64,000 nt of DNA from an uncultured Dictyobacter sp. (GCA_964657925.1 CAZZWK010000020.1:1359-65358); one strand, 5' to 3'; counted from the first letter of the stretch, positions 26,522 through 37,081 are shown. Notes: generated by a model from the letters alone, not told the origin. Made by a program: numbers and translations.

Positions 26522-27727
26522 ATGAGAAACCAGCATCCCACATTCTCCTGGCAGTCACTGCTCCTGCTGGTCATTGTTGTGCTCGGCATGCAAAGTTGTT
26601 TTGAGAGCGGATCAAACCAACGATCCTTTACTACTGGACCGGGCGGCCAATCGGTGAGTGTCCAACAAAGCACATTTACGGGGAAATTTTATCTCAGCAT
26701 CAACGGCAATCTCTATCGCCTGAATGGCACAGCACAGACCACACAGGAACTGGTTCGCAGCGGCCATGTAATGGACCCTGCCGTCTCGCCGGATGGCAAA
26801 TGGGTGGCCTTTATCGAAAAATACCAGAATTACTCGGACCTTTGTGTCGTCTCCACCAGCGGCGGCCCTCTGCACGTCTTGCGCAGCGGCAAAGGGCATT
26901 TCTACAACGCGGACGGTCCCATCCATAATACGTACGTCTGGTACGCGCAACCCGCCTGGTCGCAAGACGGGTCACACCTGCTTTTTCTCAGCGACCTGGA
27001 AAAAGAGCATTGGTACCAGCAGACCGGCCAGGACGCTCCGTTACTCGATTTACAGGTCTTCTCAGTTCCATTCAACGACCCTACCACCACCCCGACCGAC
27101 GTGGCCTACGCGACCTTTGGGGATGGCGGCGATCAGAATCCGGCGTATCGGCCTGATCATCCGAACCAGATCGTCTACACGCACTACACCTATGATGCAG
27201 CTACCCAGACACAACAAGTCATCCAACTCTATATGGAAGATCCCAACACCATCAATACACATCCTGGCCTCTACTATCCCGGATCACCAGGTGGCGGCTA
27301 CGATCCAGCCATCGCGATTACCCCGACGAACAGCACCATAACCGATCCAGCCTTTTCGCCCAACGGCAACGCCCTCGCCTATATCAAAACCGACAGCACC
27401 AGCAACAGGATGGAACTCGATGTGATGTCCGTCCCACCCGCACGTATTACGCAAACCCCGAATGATCCTACGACTGAGCAATTAGCGTTACGCGCCTACC
27501 AGAACACATCTTCCCACCTGTTGACGAACACATATCTTACAGAACCTGTCTGGTCACCCGATGGGAAACACATCGCCTACTACACCTACACCGACAACAC
27601 CTTCAATCTCTGGATCGCCCCGCTGAACTATAACGCCAGAACAGGCAGATATAGCCTTCAGAGCAGTCCTATCCAGGTGACTTCTGGCGGAATCGACGCC
27701 GCCAGCCATCCAGTTTGGACAACATAG
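26522..27727 (+). CDS. Secreted TolB-like PD40 (WD40-like) beta-propeller repeat protein
   Basis: ATG 26522 follows agaggag and gives MRNQHPTFSWQSLLLLVIVVLGMQSCF. Repeated P(A/V)(V/F/W)SPDG(K/N)x(V/L/I)A(F/Y) units are present: DPAVSPDGKWVAF, PAFSPNGNALAY, PVWSPDGKHIAY. Confidence 0.75.
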   Translation: MRNQHPTFSWQSLLLLVIVVLGMQSCFESGSNQRSFTTGPGGQSVSVQQSTFTGKFYLSINGNLYRLNGTAQTTQELVRSGHVMDPAVSPDGKWVAFIEKYQNYSDLCVVSTSGGPLHVLRSGKGHFYNADGPIHNTYVWYAQPAWSQDGSHLLFLSDLEKEHWYQQTGQDAPLLDLQVFSVPFNDPTTTPTDVAYATFGDGGDQNPAYRPDHPNQIVYTHYTYDAATQTQQVIQLYMEDPNTINTHPGLYYPGSPGGGYDPAIAITPTNSTITDPAFSPNGNALAYIKTDSTSNRMELDVMSVPPARITQTPNDPTTEQLALRAYQNTSSHLLTNTYLTEPVWSPDGKHIAYYTYTDNTFNLWIAPLNYNARTGRYSLQSSPIQVTSGGIDAASHPVWTT

Positions 27728-27773
27728 TGGCGTTCCTCTCTGTTGGGAACGCATTATCGGCTAGCCAGACCTG

Positions 27774-29999
27774 CTACAGATACCGGCTGGTCAGGGATTC
27801 TTTGGCGTCGAGCAGATCGCGAGGGGTGCCTTCGAAGATGACCATACCGCCCTTGTGGCCGCCTTCCGGACCCATATCAATGATCCAGTCGGCGTTGCGA
27901 ATCACATCGAGGTGATGCTCAATCACAATCACGGTGTTCCCGCCATCGACCAGCCGATTCATGATGGTGAGCAGGCGACCGATATCCGACAGATGCAGGC
28001 CGGTGGTGGGCTCGTCCATGACGTAGATGTTGCTCTGCTTGTGGAGTTCGCTGGCGAGTTTGATGCGCTGGCACTCGCCACCTGAGAGGGTGCTCAAGGG
28101 CTGGCCCAGGGTCAGGTAGTCCAGACCCACGTCGCTCAACGCCTGCAGCTTTGGCTGCACTGCTTTGATCTTCAAAAACGCCAATGCCTGCTGAACGCTC
28201 ATATTCAAAACATCAGCAATGGATTTCCCGTTCAATGGGTAGGCCAGTACCTCGTCCTTAAAGCGTTTCCCACCGCACACTTCACAAGGAAGCTTGACCC
28301 CCTCAAGGAAACCGAGATCGGTGTAGATTACACCAAGTCCCTGACAGTTAGGACAGGCACCCTTTGAGTTAAAACTAAACAGGCCAGCATCGACATTGTT
28401 GGCTGCTGCAAAAGCCTTGCGCACATCATCCATGATGCCGCTATAGGTCGCGGGATTGGAACGACTGGAAGTGCTCAGGGATGATTGATCAATCACCACC
28501 GCCTCCTGGTGCTGACCCAGAAAGGCTTCATTGATTAACGAGCTTTTGCCTGAACCAGCCACGCCAGTGATGACCGTCAGCACGCCAGTGGGAATATTCA
28601 CACTGACATCCCGCAAATTATTCGCTGTAGCGTGGACAATTGGCAGAGCGCCGGTCGTCTGGCGAAAACTCTCCTTAAGCGGCCTCTTACGCAGTAAATG
28701 GTTGCCGGTCAGCGTATCGGCCTGCAGCAGACCGCTGAAATCACCCTCATAGACAACCTTGCCTCCTTCGCTCCCGGCATATGGTCCCATATCGACGACG
28801 TAATCGGCCCGCTGAATCACATCAGGATCGTGCTCGACGACGATGACTGTGTTCCCTTTGTCGCGCAACTTTTCCAGCAGTTCGTTCAGACGATGGACAT
28901 CGCGCGGGTGAAGTCCGATGCTCGGCTCGTCAAAGATGTACATGACATCGACCAGGCTACCGTTAAGATGCTTGACCATTTTGACCCGCTGCGATTCACC
29001 CCCAGACAGGGTATCGGTGGATCGATCCAGGCTGAGATACTCCAGGCCAATCTCCACCAGATGGCGCAGCCGTTCGGTCAACGTGCGAACAATTGGCGCC
29101 GCCGGTTCTGTGATATCCTTGACGACCTCTAAAAGCTCATCAATCTGCATCGCTGCCATATCGGCAATAGTGTAGCCATTGATTTTGCAGCTCAGCGCTG
29201 CTTGATTGAGCCGGGCACCCTTGCAGAGCGGACAGGGGCCGAGCTTCAAAAAAGGCTCGACCTTTTGTCGTATGCGAGGCGAGAGCGTCTGGATATCGCG
29301 CGCAACAAACCTACGATTGAACTTGTACACCAGACCCTCATAGGTGTTGTACGGCAGATCGGTACGTTTGCGCGGCTCGCTGTAGAGCAGCAGATCCCGT
29401 TCCTCTGCTGTATAATCGGCTATCTTCTTGTCGTTGTCGAAGTAGCCAGAACGGGCATAAAGATCGCTCTCCCAGCCAGCCAGTCCCGGGGCGATGACAG
29501 CGCCCTCGTTCAACGATTTTGTTGTATCGATCAGCGCTTCCGAGGTAATGCCGACCTTACGGCCCAGGCCATTGCACTCCAGGCACATGCCCTGTGGATC
29601 ATTGAAGGAAAAGGCATTGGCAAGACCTACATACGGCTTTCCGATGCGTGAAAAGAGCAAGCGCAACACTGGCGCGATGTCAGTGACCGTGCCCACGGTC
29701 GATTGCGATCCGCCCCCCAGGCGTTTCTGGTCAACAATCACCGCCATGCTCAGGTTCTCGATCACATCGGCGTCTGGTTGGGGATAGCGCGGCAGAAAAT
29801 TGCGTACAAACATACTAAAATTCTCAAACAGGAGCCGTTGCGCTTCGTTGGCAATGGTATCAAACACCATTGAGGACTTCCCTGAGCCAGATACGCCGGT
29901 AAAAATGATGATTTTGCGCTTGGGCAGCCTCAGCGAGACACCCCTCAAATTGTTCTCGCGCGCACCCCGAATCTCAATGTATTCCTGAGACATACTCAT
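27774..29999 (-). CDS. UvrA-like ATPase paralog (short form, two ABC modules)
   Basis: 741 aa. The N-terminus reads IEIRGARENNLRGVSLRLPKRKIIIFTGVSGSGKSSMVFDTI. The second Walker A is TGVAGSGKSSL. Signature-type LSGGE motifs (LSGGESQR, LSGGECQR) and zinc-module Cys pairs (CPLCKG, CPNCQG, CEVCGG) are present. Confidence 0.85.
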   Translation of the reverse strand: MSMSQEYIEIRGARENNLRGVSLRLPKRKIIIFTGVSGSGKSSMVFDTIANEAQRLLFENFSMFVRNFLPRYPQPDADVIENLSMAVIVDQKRLGGGSQSTVGTVTDIAPVLRLLFSRIGKPYVGLANAFSFNDPQGMCLECNGLGRKVGITSEALIDTTKSLNEGAVIAPGLAGWESDLYARSGYFDNDKKIADYTAEERDLLLYSEPRKRTDLPYNTYEGLVYKFNRRFVARDIQTLSPRIRQKVEPFLKLGPCPLCKGARLNQAALSCKINGYTIADMAAMQIDELLEVVKDITEPAAPIVRTLTERLRHLVEIGLEYLSLDRSTDTLSGGESQRVKMVKHLNGSLVDVMYIFDEPSIGLHPRDVHRLNELLEKLRDKGNTVIVVEHDPDVIQRADYVVDMGPYAGSEGGKVVYEGDFSGLLQADTLTGNHLLRKRPLKESFRQTTGALPIVHATANNLRDVSVNIPTGVLTVITGVAGSGKSSLINEAFLGQHQEAVVIDQSSLSTSSRSNPATYSGIMDDVRKAFAAANNVDAGLFSFNSKGACPNCQGLGVIYTDLGFLEGVKLPCEVCGGKRFKDEVLAYPLNGKSIADVLNMSVQQALAFLKIKAVQPKLQALSDVGLDYLTLGQPLSTLSGGECQRIKLASELHKQSNIYVMDEPTTGLHLSDIGRLLTIMNRLVDGGNTVIVIEHHLDVIRNADWIIDMGPEGGHKGGMVIFEGTPRDLLDAKESLTSRYL

Positions 30000-30405
30000 G
30001 CATAATCCCTCTCATATCGCTAACAACATGTCAGCTACATCAGCCATTCTCGTACGAACAGCGTACCAATTGTTGTTCTTTTTTTGTCCAGATATCCAGG
30101 AAGGTCACACCGCAGACTATCATATCGCAAAGGCCACACCGTAGGCGCGGCTAAAGAGATCAAAACGCCCCAGCCTGGCCCATCAAACGACAATTCACCG
30201 GCAAAGCTGTTCTACATCTGGTGTAGAGCGTCCATCTGAAACTGCCAGCATCTTGCATACGTCTCAATGCTGAGAGCAAATCTTGGGGGCTGTGGCAAAA
30301 GTGGTTTAAGGCCGATTCCAGGTGAGATAATCCATTATACTTATGAACCAGCATGAAACACTATTCATCAGCTAAACGCGGAGAGCCGTTTTTATAGGAG
30401 CAAGC

Positions 30406-30870
30406 ATGAACACTCAGCAAGAGCAATGGGCAACTCAGTTCCGTCTGATTCCCATCACGTTTTACCAGGCGATGCGAACAACAGATGATCAAACTATCCG
30501 TCGCCGCCCCGCGTTCGGGGAGTGGTCGGCGATCGAAGTGCTGGGTCACATGATTGACAAGATGGTTCACTGGTCCAACCGCGTGCAACGTATCTTGCTT
30601 GAGGAACGACCGCTATTACCAACATACGATCAAGATACAGAAGTACGTGAGCATGAATACCAACAGGCTGATCCAATAGTCCTGCATGAGCGCCTACAAC
30701 AGCAATGCGAACACTTTGCCACCCTCGTTGCTTCTCTTCCCTCTTCCACACTGCAACGTGAGGGGGTCCATAGTGAATATGGACCGATGACCCTACGACA
30801 ATGTATTGAGGCTCCTCTGGCATCAGTCCCAGAGCACCTTGAGCAACTTCGCGCTGCTCAAGCGACGTGA
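30406..30870 (+). CDS. DinB-family (DinB_2-like) four-helix-bundle protein
   Basis: 154 aa. WSAIEVLGHMID and a C-terminal histidine-containing helix (VPEHLEQLR) fit the family. An aggag SD lies upstream. Confidence 0.6.
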   Translation: MNTQQEQWATQFRLIPITFYQAMRTTDDQTIRRRPAFGEWSAIEVLGHMIDKMVHWSNRVQRILLEERPLLPTYDQDTEVREHEYQQADPIVLHERLQQQCEHFATLVASLPSSTLQREGVHSEYGPMTLRQCIEAPLASVPEHLEQLRAAQAT

Positions 30871-30928
30871 GTAGAAATAGGCGTCTCCCTTCACTACAAC
30901 CGATGGCGCGTTTCTTAAAGACCCTTTG

Positions 30929-31972
30929 CTACTGCTTTACATAAGAAGGCACAGGCAAAGGATTACGTTCGGCAAAAGGCAACTGATGCCAGTAAGGATA
31001 GATCCTGGGCATCTCACTGGCCTGATCGAGCCTGCTCACCTGCTCCGTTGTGAGATTCCACCCCACTGCACCAAGATTGTTTTTGAGTTGCTCCTCGTTG
31101 CGCGCACCCACAATAATACTCGCCACCGTCGGTCGCTGCAATAACCAGTTCAAGGCGATCTGCGCCACCGATTTGCCCGTCTCCTCCGCAATCTCGTCAA
31201 GCACATCCACAATCTCATACACTTTCTCGTCAGGAATACGTGAACCTTCTGAACCAATCTGCTGCACCCGGCTCCCCTCAGGCGCTGGCTGGTTTCTGCG
31301 CATCTTGCCCGAAAGTACTCCGGAAGCCAGCGGACTCCACACAATTGTTCCAATCTTCTGATCAAGGGCTAACGGCATCAATTCCCACTCGTACTCCCTG
31401 CCGACCAGCGAGTAGAATGCCTGGTGTGCCGCATAACGCGTCCAACCGTACGTCTGCGCAGTGGCAAGCGACTTCATCAAATGCCAACCGGAAAAATTGG
31501 AACACGCGATATACCGCACTTTCCCACTCTGCACCAGACTATCAAGCGTACGCAGCGTTTCCTCAACAGGCGTGAGCGCATCAAAACCATGCAACGTGTA
31601 GATATCAATATGATCCGTATTGAGCCTGCGCAAACTCTCCTCACAGGCCCGCATCAGATGATAACGCGAAGACCCTACATCATTTGGTCCATCGCCCATC
31701 CGAAAGGTCGCCTTCGTCGCAAGCAGTAACTGATCTCGTCTCCCTGCAACCGCCTTGCCAAGCACCTCTTCCGACAACCCTCCCGAGTAGACATCGGCGC
31801 TATCAAACAGAGTTATCCCTGCCTCCAGACAAATATCGACCAGGCGACTCGCCTCGGCCACGTCAGTCTTCCCCCAGGCGCGAAAAAACGCATCCCCCCC
31901 ACCAAACGTCGCAGTCCCGAAGCTGAGCGCAGAAACTTTCAGACCAGAACCTCCAAGTTGCCTATATTCCAT
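30929..31972 (-). CDS. Aldo/keto reductase
   Basis: MEYRQLGGSGLKVSALSFGTATFGG..., FDSADVYSGGLSEEVLGKA and IDIYTLHGFD are classic AKR blocks. Confidence 0.9.
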   Translation of the reverse strand: MEYRQLGGSGLKVSALSFGTATFGGGDAFFRAWGKTDVAEASRLVDICLEAGITLFDSADVYSGGLSEEVLGKAVAGRRDQLLLATKATFRMGDGPNDVGSSRYHLMRACEESLRRLNTDHIDIYTLHGFDALTPVEETLRTLDSLVQSGKVRYIACSNFSGWHLMKSLATAQTYGWTRYAAHQAFYSLVGREYEWELMPLALDQKIGTIVWSPLASGVLSGKMRRNQPAPEGSRVQQIGSEGSRIPDEKVYEIVDVLDEIAEETGKSVAQIALNWLLQRPTVASIIVGARNEEQLKNNLGAVGWNLTTEQVSRLDQASEMPRIYPYWHQLPFAERNPLPVPSYVKQ

Positions 31973-32535
31973 GTGTCGTTCCTCTCCTTTTACTCAAAAA
32001 TACCTTTTTTTCAAGCTGAAAAAGATACGAATCCATTGCTCGTTTACCCACTCCCCCTCCTCTACTAGCAAACATCAAAGACCCGCATACCTTCTACACG
32101 TGTTCACTACATACACCGACTCTCCTCGCTGAAAGACTCTTGTCCTCAGACATAGATATGACCATTCTTCACTCATTGTGTCAAAATAAAAATTACACCT
32201 TTAAAATAGGTGCGTTAGAGTCTGTCTGACGAATCAGTGGAGCAAGATGAGTGGAGATACGATGACTCAATTGCCCCGCAGATAGCGGAGCCCTTCTTGT
32301 TCAGAGCCTCGACCTAATGACGGCTCTTCGCAGATAAGGCTCGTCTCCCACGCCTGTGCGTAGCAGGGTAGCGCAACGATCGATGGGGACACAGCGATTG
32401 ACAGGGGAGAATATACTGGGACAAAGAAGCAGTGGTCACACTGGTAGCAGCGGAAGCGGGGCTGAGTCTGCTCGGTGCCAGGTCTACTGAGCTGTTCACT
32501 GCCGCGTGGAATAGGAGACATGAAAGGATTTTTGT

Positions 32536-33135
32536 ATGCTCCCGCTCATCTACACGGTGCCTGCCTATATCATCACCTTCGTCAGTGTCATCGTCATCTC
32601 GCGTGTCTCTGAGACCATCGGCATCTACTGGCGGCGCTCCCAACGCGATCCCACCGCGCGTCAGGCAGATCGCGGGTCACTCGTTGTGATGAGTTTCGTG
32701 ACTGGCGGAGGCGTGATCGTGGCTTGCGCCCTGGCAGCCGTCTGGACGGGTGCAGCGATTCCCTGGCTCAGGCCCCAGGTGACGATTGCTGGCATCGTCG
32801 TCATTCTGCTTGGCACCGTGCTGCGCTGGTGGGCCATCTTCACTCTCGGGCGGTACTTCACCATCGACGTGGCGGTGCGCTCCACGCAGTCGGTCGTGCA
32901 GTCCGGGCCGTATCGCTTCGTGCGACATCCCTCTTACACGGCTATCCTGATTATGTTGCTCGGCGTGGGCATGGCGTTGGCGAATTGGGCCAGCCTCGTT
33001 GCCATGCTCGCTGGTGGACTGATCGGTCTGCTCTATCGCGTCAGGGTGGAAGAGAGCGCGCTGGTTGAAGGGCTGGGCCAGCCCTACATGGACTACATGC
33101 GCATAACCAAGCGCTTCATCCCGTTCATTTTCTGA
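32536..33135 (+). CDS. Isoprenylcysteine carboxyl methyltransferase (ICMT)/phospholipid methyltransferase-family membrane protein
   Basis: 199 aa, multi-TM. It has GPYRFVRHPSYTAILIMLLG and RVRVEESAL. Confidence 0.8.
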   Translation: MLPLIYTVPAYIITFVSVIVISRVSETIGIYWRRSQRDPTARQADRGSLVVMSFVTGGGVIVACALAAVWTGAAIPWLRPQVTIAGIVVILLGTVLRWWAIFTLGRYFTIDVAVRSTQSVVQSGPYRFVRHPSYTAILIMLLGVGMALANWASLVAMLAGGLIGLLYRVRVEESALVEGLGQPYMDYMRITKRFIPFIF

Positions 33136-33450
33136 TCATACGCTGCATCAGTACGCTTGCGGACGCACGCCTGTTGGCAAGCAGTGTTCCAAACGCCAGG
33201 TGAGCCCACATTCTATTCGTCAGACAGACCCTACCTCCTGCGCTATTTCCGCGTGGCTGCACTAGTATACGGATATACATTTCTTATACTGAAAGGTAAT
33301 CAAGAGTAATACGCAGTGCGAGTGAGTATCGTTAAGTCGACCTGGATAAAAAGAAAGCTTTCTTTCTCAGGCCTCTCCTCTATTCTCTTTGGCAATGGTT
33401 ATGATATATAACTATACTGAAAGCACGTTAATAGAAAATTGAGGAAAAGT

Positions 33451-34743
33451 ATGTATGCTACCGCTTTGCGTTGCTCTTTTTGTGACGCAGATTTCCCTTT
33501 AACCAACTTGGCAAGCTGTACACATTGCGCCAAACCTGGTGAGGAGAACGCACTCAACGAAACCCTTGGTGTTACATACAATCTGGCTGCGCTCAAAAAA
33601 CATCTCGATCGGGACGAACTGACAAGACGGCCCGCAGGAATCTGGCGCTACCACGAGTTGTTGCCAGTTGCCAACACCGCTATGCGCATCGATCTTGGCG
33701 CTGGCGGCACACGTTTAGCCCATCTGACTCGCCTGCCGGAGAGCCAGCTTATGCCAAAACTCTTTGTGAAAGTAGAGGGATCAAACCCCACCGGGTCTTT
33801 TAAAGACCGCCCTATCGGTATCGCCGCCAGTGTAGCGCTGGAACATGGCACCCGTGGACTAGCATGCCTGACTTCCGGCAATATCGGCTCCGCTATGGCT
33901 GCCGCAGCTGCAAAAGCTGGCGTTCCAGCACTGGTTTTCTTACTCGGATCAGCAGGTGGAGCCGAGCAAAAAGCTGATGTCAACATCGAAAAATATGTCC
34001 AGATCAGCACATATGGAGCCAGGGTCATTACTCCCATCGGGAATCTGGGACAACTCATGGCTCTCGCTGACCGCGTAGAGCAAGAGATGGGCTGGTCTTT
34101 TATGCACAACATGCAAGCCTACCAGCCCGATGGTGATAAGACAACAGCCTTTGAAATCTGTGAGCAACTCAACTGGCAAGCTCCCGCCGCAGTCTTCGTG
34201 CCAACGGGGACAGGTACCAATCTCTTTGGTCTCTGGCAAGGCTTTCGCCTTTTTCACGAACTGGGCTTCATTGATCGCGTACCTCGCCTGTTCGCGGTCC
34301 AACCAGAAGGCGCCGCCTCTCTTGCAAACGCCTGGAAGGCACATATGCAGGTGCCATCACTATTAGAAGAGGTCAAACCAAATGTAGCAGCACCTATTAC
34401 TCACCGCGTTAGTGGGTACCATGCCTATAAAGCCATTCTGCAATCACGCGGGGGAGCAGTAGGCGTCTCTGACACAGCAATGCTCACAGCGGTCAAAGAC
34501 CTTGCTTCCAACGAGGGAATTTATGCCGAAGCAGCTAGCGCTGCGGCACTAGCGGGCATACGAGTAGCACTAACAGAGCATCTCCTCGACCTGGAGGAGA
34601 TCAATGACTACGGGATTGTGGCTATCCTGACCAGTCATGGCTTGAAAAATAGCTTGGCCCTGAGCAAACTCTATAGCCCTCCCCCACAGATAGAAGGCAC
34701 CTGGGAAAACATCCACACCTATCTCTCAAACCAACCTCTGTAG
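33451..34743 (+). CDS. Threonine-synthase-like PLP-dependent enzyme with an N-terminal zinc ribbon
   Basis: The ORF track starts at TTG 33439. ATG 33451 follows gagga. It has CSFCDADF...CTHC and the PLP lysine motif EGSNPTGSFKDRP. Confidence 0.8.
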   Translation: MYATALRCSFCDADFPLTNLASCTHCAKPGEENALNETLGVTYNLAALKKHLDRDELTRRPAGIWRYHELLPVANTAMRIDLGAGGTRLAHLTRLPESQLMPKLFVKVEGSNPTGSFKDRPIGIAASVALEHGTRGLACLTSGNIGSAMAAAAAKAGVPALVFLLGSAGGAEQKADVNIEKYVQISTYGARVITPIGNLGQLMALADRVEQEMGWSFMHNMQAYQPDGDKTTAFEICEQLNWQAPAAVFVPTGTGTNLFGLWQGFRLFHELGFIDRVPRLFAVQPEGAASLANAWKAHMQVPSLLEEVKPNVAAPITHRVSGYHAYKAILQSRGGAVGVSDTAMLTAVKDLASNEGIYAEAASAAALAGIRVALTEHLLDLEEINDYGIVAILTSHGLKNSLALSKLYSPPPQIEGTWENIHTYLSNQPL

Positions 34744-34793
34744 CATCCCCAAAAGAGGTCAAGCTTGCGCCTGACCTCTCACGATTTTCTCTA

Positions 34794-35663
34794 TCAGCGA
34801 CTTGATGCACGTAACTGACCACCAACGAGAACACACCACGCCGCAAGATTCGCGCTTCCATTGTTAGAGACATGCCGTTGCTGTAAGTACTGACGTAGCG
34901 CTTTTTCCGTTTTCTGCGCGAAAATACCGGTCACAGGTAAACGAGGTTGCGTGCCATGAGCGTTCAATTGGACCTGTAATGCCTTTACCTGATCGCCAGC
35001 AGAATTTTGCTGTGAAGGGATAATCAATCTCTGCCAGGTAAGCCCATTGACAATGCCGTTTGTAGGAAGCCCATTATTCGCCTGGAATGATTGTAGCGCC
35101 TGTTCAGTATATGGGCCAAAACTACCATCGATACCAAAACTTCCCACCGAGTAACCATGTGCTTCTAACATCAACTGGATCGTGGTCACATCGGTCGAGA
35201 CGTGCGAAATATTTTCTGTGTACAGCGGCCAGTCACATGAAATAGTGGGAGAAAACGGGACAGCACTTGACGAGGTAAGACCACAGAGCACGAGCACGAT
35301 ACCCATAGCCAGCAAGAGAACTGCCCCTGATCTCCCACGTCTCTCATCTCCATGTTCCTGAATATCCTGGACAGTTGGAGACGATGCTACACTTTTAGGT
35401 GTAGATGTCTCTCGTGTTTCAAAAACGCTCTGCGCCGGGAGCAAACCCAGTTCATAGGCGTCTTTTTCAAAAAGGGCGCACAGGCGAGCACGATAGTGCG
35501 GGCTCGGAACGGTCTTTCCGCGTTCCCAACGGCTGATGTAAAAAGATCCAGGGGCGTCGATCTTTTCTGCGACCTGTGCCTGAGACCACCCACGTCGTTC
35601 GCGTTCCTCGCGCAAACGTTCATTTGGTCTTCTCATCGGGGTCGCTTGCTCTTCTTCTAGCAT
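34794..35663 (-). CDS. XRE-family HTH, single TM, then peptidoglycan-binding (PG_binding_1) domains
   Basis: The HTH is RLREERERRGWSQAQVAEKI. The central TM is AVLLLAMGIVLVLCGL. The PG-binding repeats are IQLMLEAHGYSVGSFGIDGSFGPYTEQALQSFQANNGL and VKALQVQLNAHG. Confidence 0.75.
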   Translation of the reverse strand: MLEEEQATPMRRPNERLREERERRGWSQAQVAEKIDAPGSFYISRWERGKTVPSPHYRARLCALFEKDAYELGLLPAQSVFETRETSTPKSVASSPTVQDIQEHGDERRGRSGAVLLLAMGIVLVLCGLTSSSAVPFSPTISCDWPLYTENISHVSTDVTTIQLMLEAHGYSVGSFGIDGSFGPYTEQALQSFQANNGLPTNGIVNGLTWQRLIIPSQQNSAGDQVKALQVQLNAHGTQPRLPVTGIFAQKTEKALRQYLQQRHVSNNGSANLAAWCVLVGGQLRASSR

Positions 35664-35872
35664 ACATTCGACCTCTTTTTCTCGCTGCCATTGCGCTCCT
35701 CCTGCTCCCGGACGAACGCTTGAATTGCTTTCTATCCTTCGCCCACATACCTTTCCCCTCTTATAGAATACGTAAAAGAATACATAAAACCTCTCAAAAA
35801 TGGATACACACTCCTCACAGGATGGAGGTATGCAGTCACCTCCATCCTGTTTTCTATCCCTGTACTACCCTG

Positions 35873-37081
35873 CTACCAGAGAGTCAACGACTTCGTCTCG
35901 TCAAAGTCTGCGTCGACCTTGGCCGTACCGGAAAGCGCGTATTGCCAGGCAGGCGTTTTCCCTCCACACGTCGGACTCGCGGGCGCAAACGCAGGTTTGT
36001 CCGCCTTGGTTGTTGCGCTCTTGCTCGGCTCCGTCGAATAGAGCAACAGATTGTTGATGACCGTACTGCCACTCGCACAAAAAGCACCGTTGAACTCACT
36101 ACTCCCCGGAAGCGGATTGGCATAGATGCCAGGCGTATAGTTCGCCGCCTTGATGGTGCTGTACCAATCCTCGATAAAGGTCGCATCAACCGCTGAACCA
36201 ACCTCGACATCAGCAAAAATCACGTTTCCAGTTGGCACTCCCAGCGCTTTGGCCTGCGCGATCGCCTCATTGGCCTTGGTGGTGCCACTCGAACCAGTAT
36301 CGCCACCGTGGTCGGACTCAATCAACAGGATCTTGATACCCTGTCCATGAATATAGGAAACTTCGGTCTTCGTCAGGCCTGTAGTAAATCCCGTTTCCTG
36401 GTCCAGGTAGCGCCCCACAAAGTCCGGGGTACCATAGTCCGACTTGACGCCACTCAAGAACGTCGAGGTGATGGTACCAGTGGTATCAACTCCCCATAAA
36501 GTCGAACCAGATGGTGGGGGCGTTGGGGTCGGTGGCGGCGGCGTGGGTGTGGGCTTAGGCGGTGAGCCACCACCAACCAGACTGCTCCAGGTTTGCGGGC
36601 CAGCGATACCATCGACACCCAAACCATGTTTGCTCTGGTAACTCTTGACCGCCGAGGTCGTCAGCGGACCAAAATCACCATCAACCGTGAGCCTGGCGCC
36701 ATGGGCGTTCAATTGACGCTGCAACGCCTTGACGGCGGAACCGGTGCTGCCTTGCTGCGTCTCGATGATGAGCACGGGCCAGGTCTGTGGACCGACAATC
36801 CCATCAACACTCAACCCGTGGGCCGATTGAAATGAACGAACCGTTGAAGCCGTCTGTGGACCAAAATCGCCATCAATAGAGAGCGAGTAGCCATGAGCTT
36901 GCAGCATGAGCTGAATACTGTAGACATTCTCGCCGGTGCTCCCCTGCCCGACATCGGGCCAGGAATAGGTTGCAGCCTGCACTGGAGTCGCGTGGGCGAA
37001 AAGTCCCAGACCCAGTGTCACGCTCATCACCAGCGCCAGCAGGAAACCAACAACGAACAGGCGGGGGTTTTTCTGTCGCAT
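35873..37081 (-). CDS. Secreted protein: three PG_binding_1 repeats, a Pro/Thr linker, and a DUF1906 (Rv2525c-like glycoside-hydrolase-fold) domain
   Basis: The signal peptide is MRQKNPRLFVVGFLLALVMSVTLGLGLFAHATPVQA. The repeats follow the pattern VxxxQxxLxAHGxxLxxDGxFGPxTxxAVxxFQ. The linker is PKPTPTPPPPTPTPPP. The C-terminal part begins LWGVDTTGTIT...FVGRYL. Confidence 0.7.
   Translation of the reverse strand: MRQKNPRLFVVGFLLALVMSVTLGLGLFAHATPVQAATYSWPDVGQGSTGENVYSIQLMLQAHGYSLSIDGDFGPQTASTVRSFQSAHGLSVDGIVGPQTWPVLIIETQQGSTGSAVKALQRQLNAHGARLTVDGDFGPLTTSAVKSYQSKHGLGVDGIAGPQTWSSLVGGGSPPKPTPTPPPPTPTPPPSGSTLWGVDTTGTITSTFLSGVKSDYGTPDFVGRYLDQETGFTTGLTKTEVSYIHGQGIKILLIESDHGGDTGSSGTTKANEAIAQAKALGVPTGNVIFADVEVGSAVDATFIEDWYSTIKAANYTPGIYANPLPGSSEFNGAFCASGSTVINNLLLYSTEPSKSATTKADKPAFAPASPTCGGKTPAWQYALSGTAKVDADFDETKSLTLW

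Noticed and set aside
25099-29999. LCP protein, PD40 propeller protein and UvrA paralog as transport or immunity genes of the RiPP cluster
   Set aside because: LCP and PD40 are on the opposite strand and the UvrA paralog is a separate transcription unit. Their functions (wall-polymer ligation, periplasmic propeller, DNA-damage ATPase) have no established role in thiopeptide or LAP self-protection. The link is only positional.
33290-33425. Short direct repeat tatactgaaag (about 33290 and about 33413) upstream of the ThrC-like gene as a riboswitch or operator
   Set aside because: It is only 11 nt in an AT-rich region with no accompanying conserved structure that I could recognise. This is compatible with chance.
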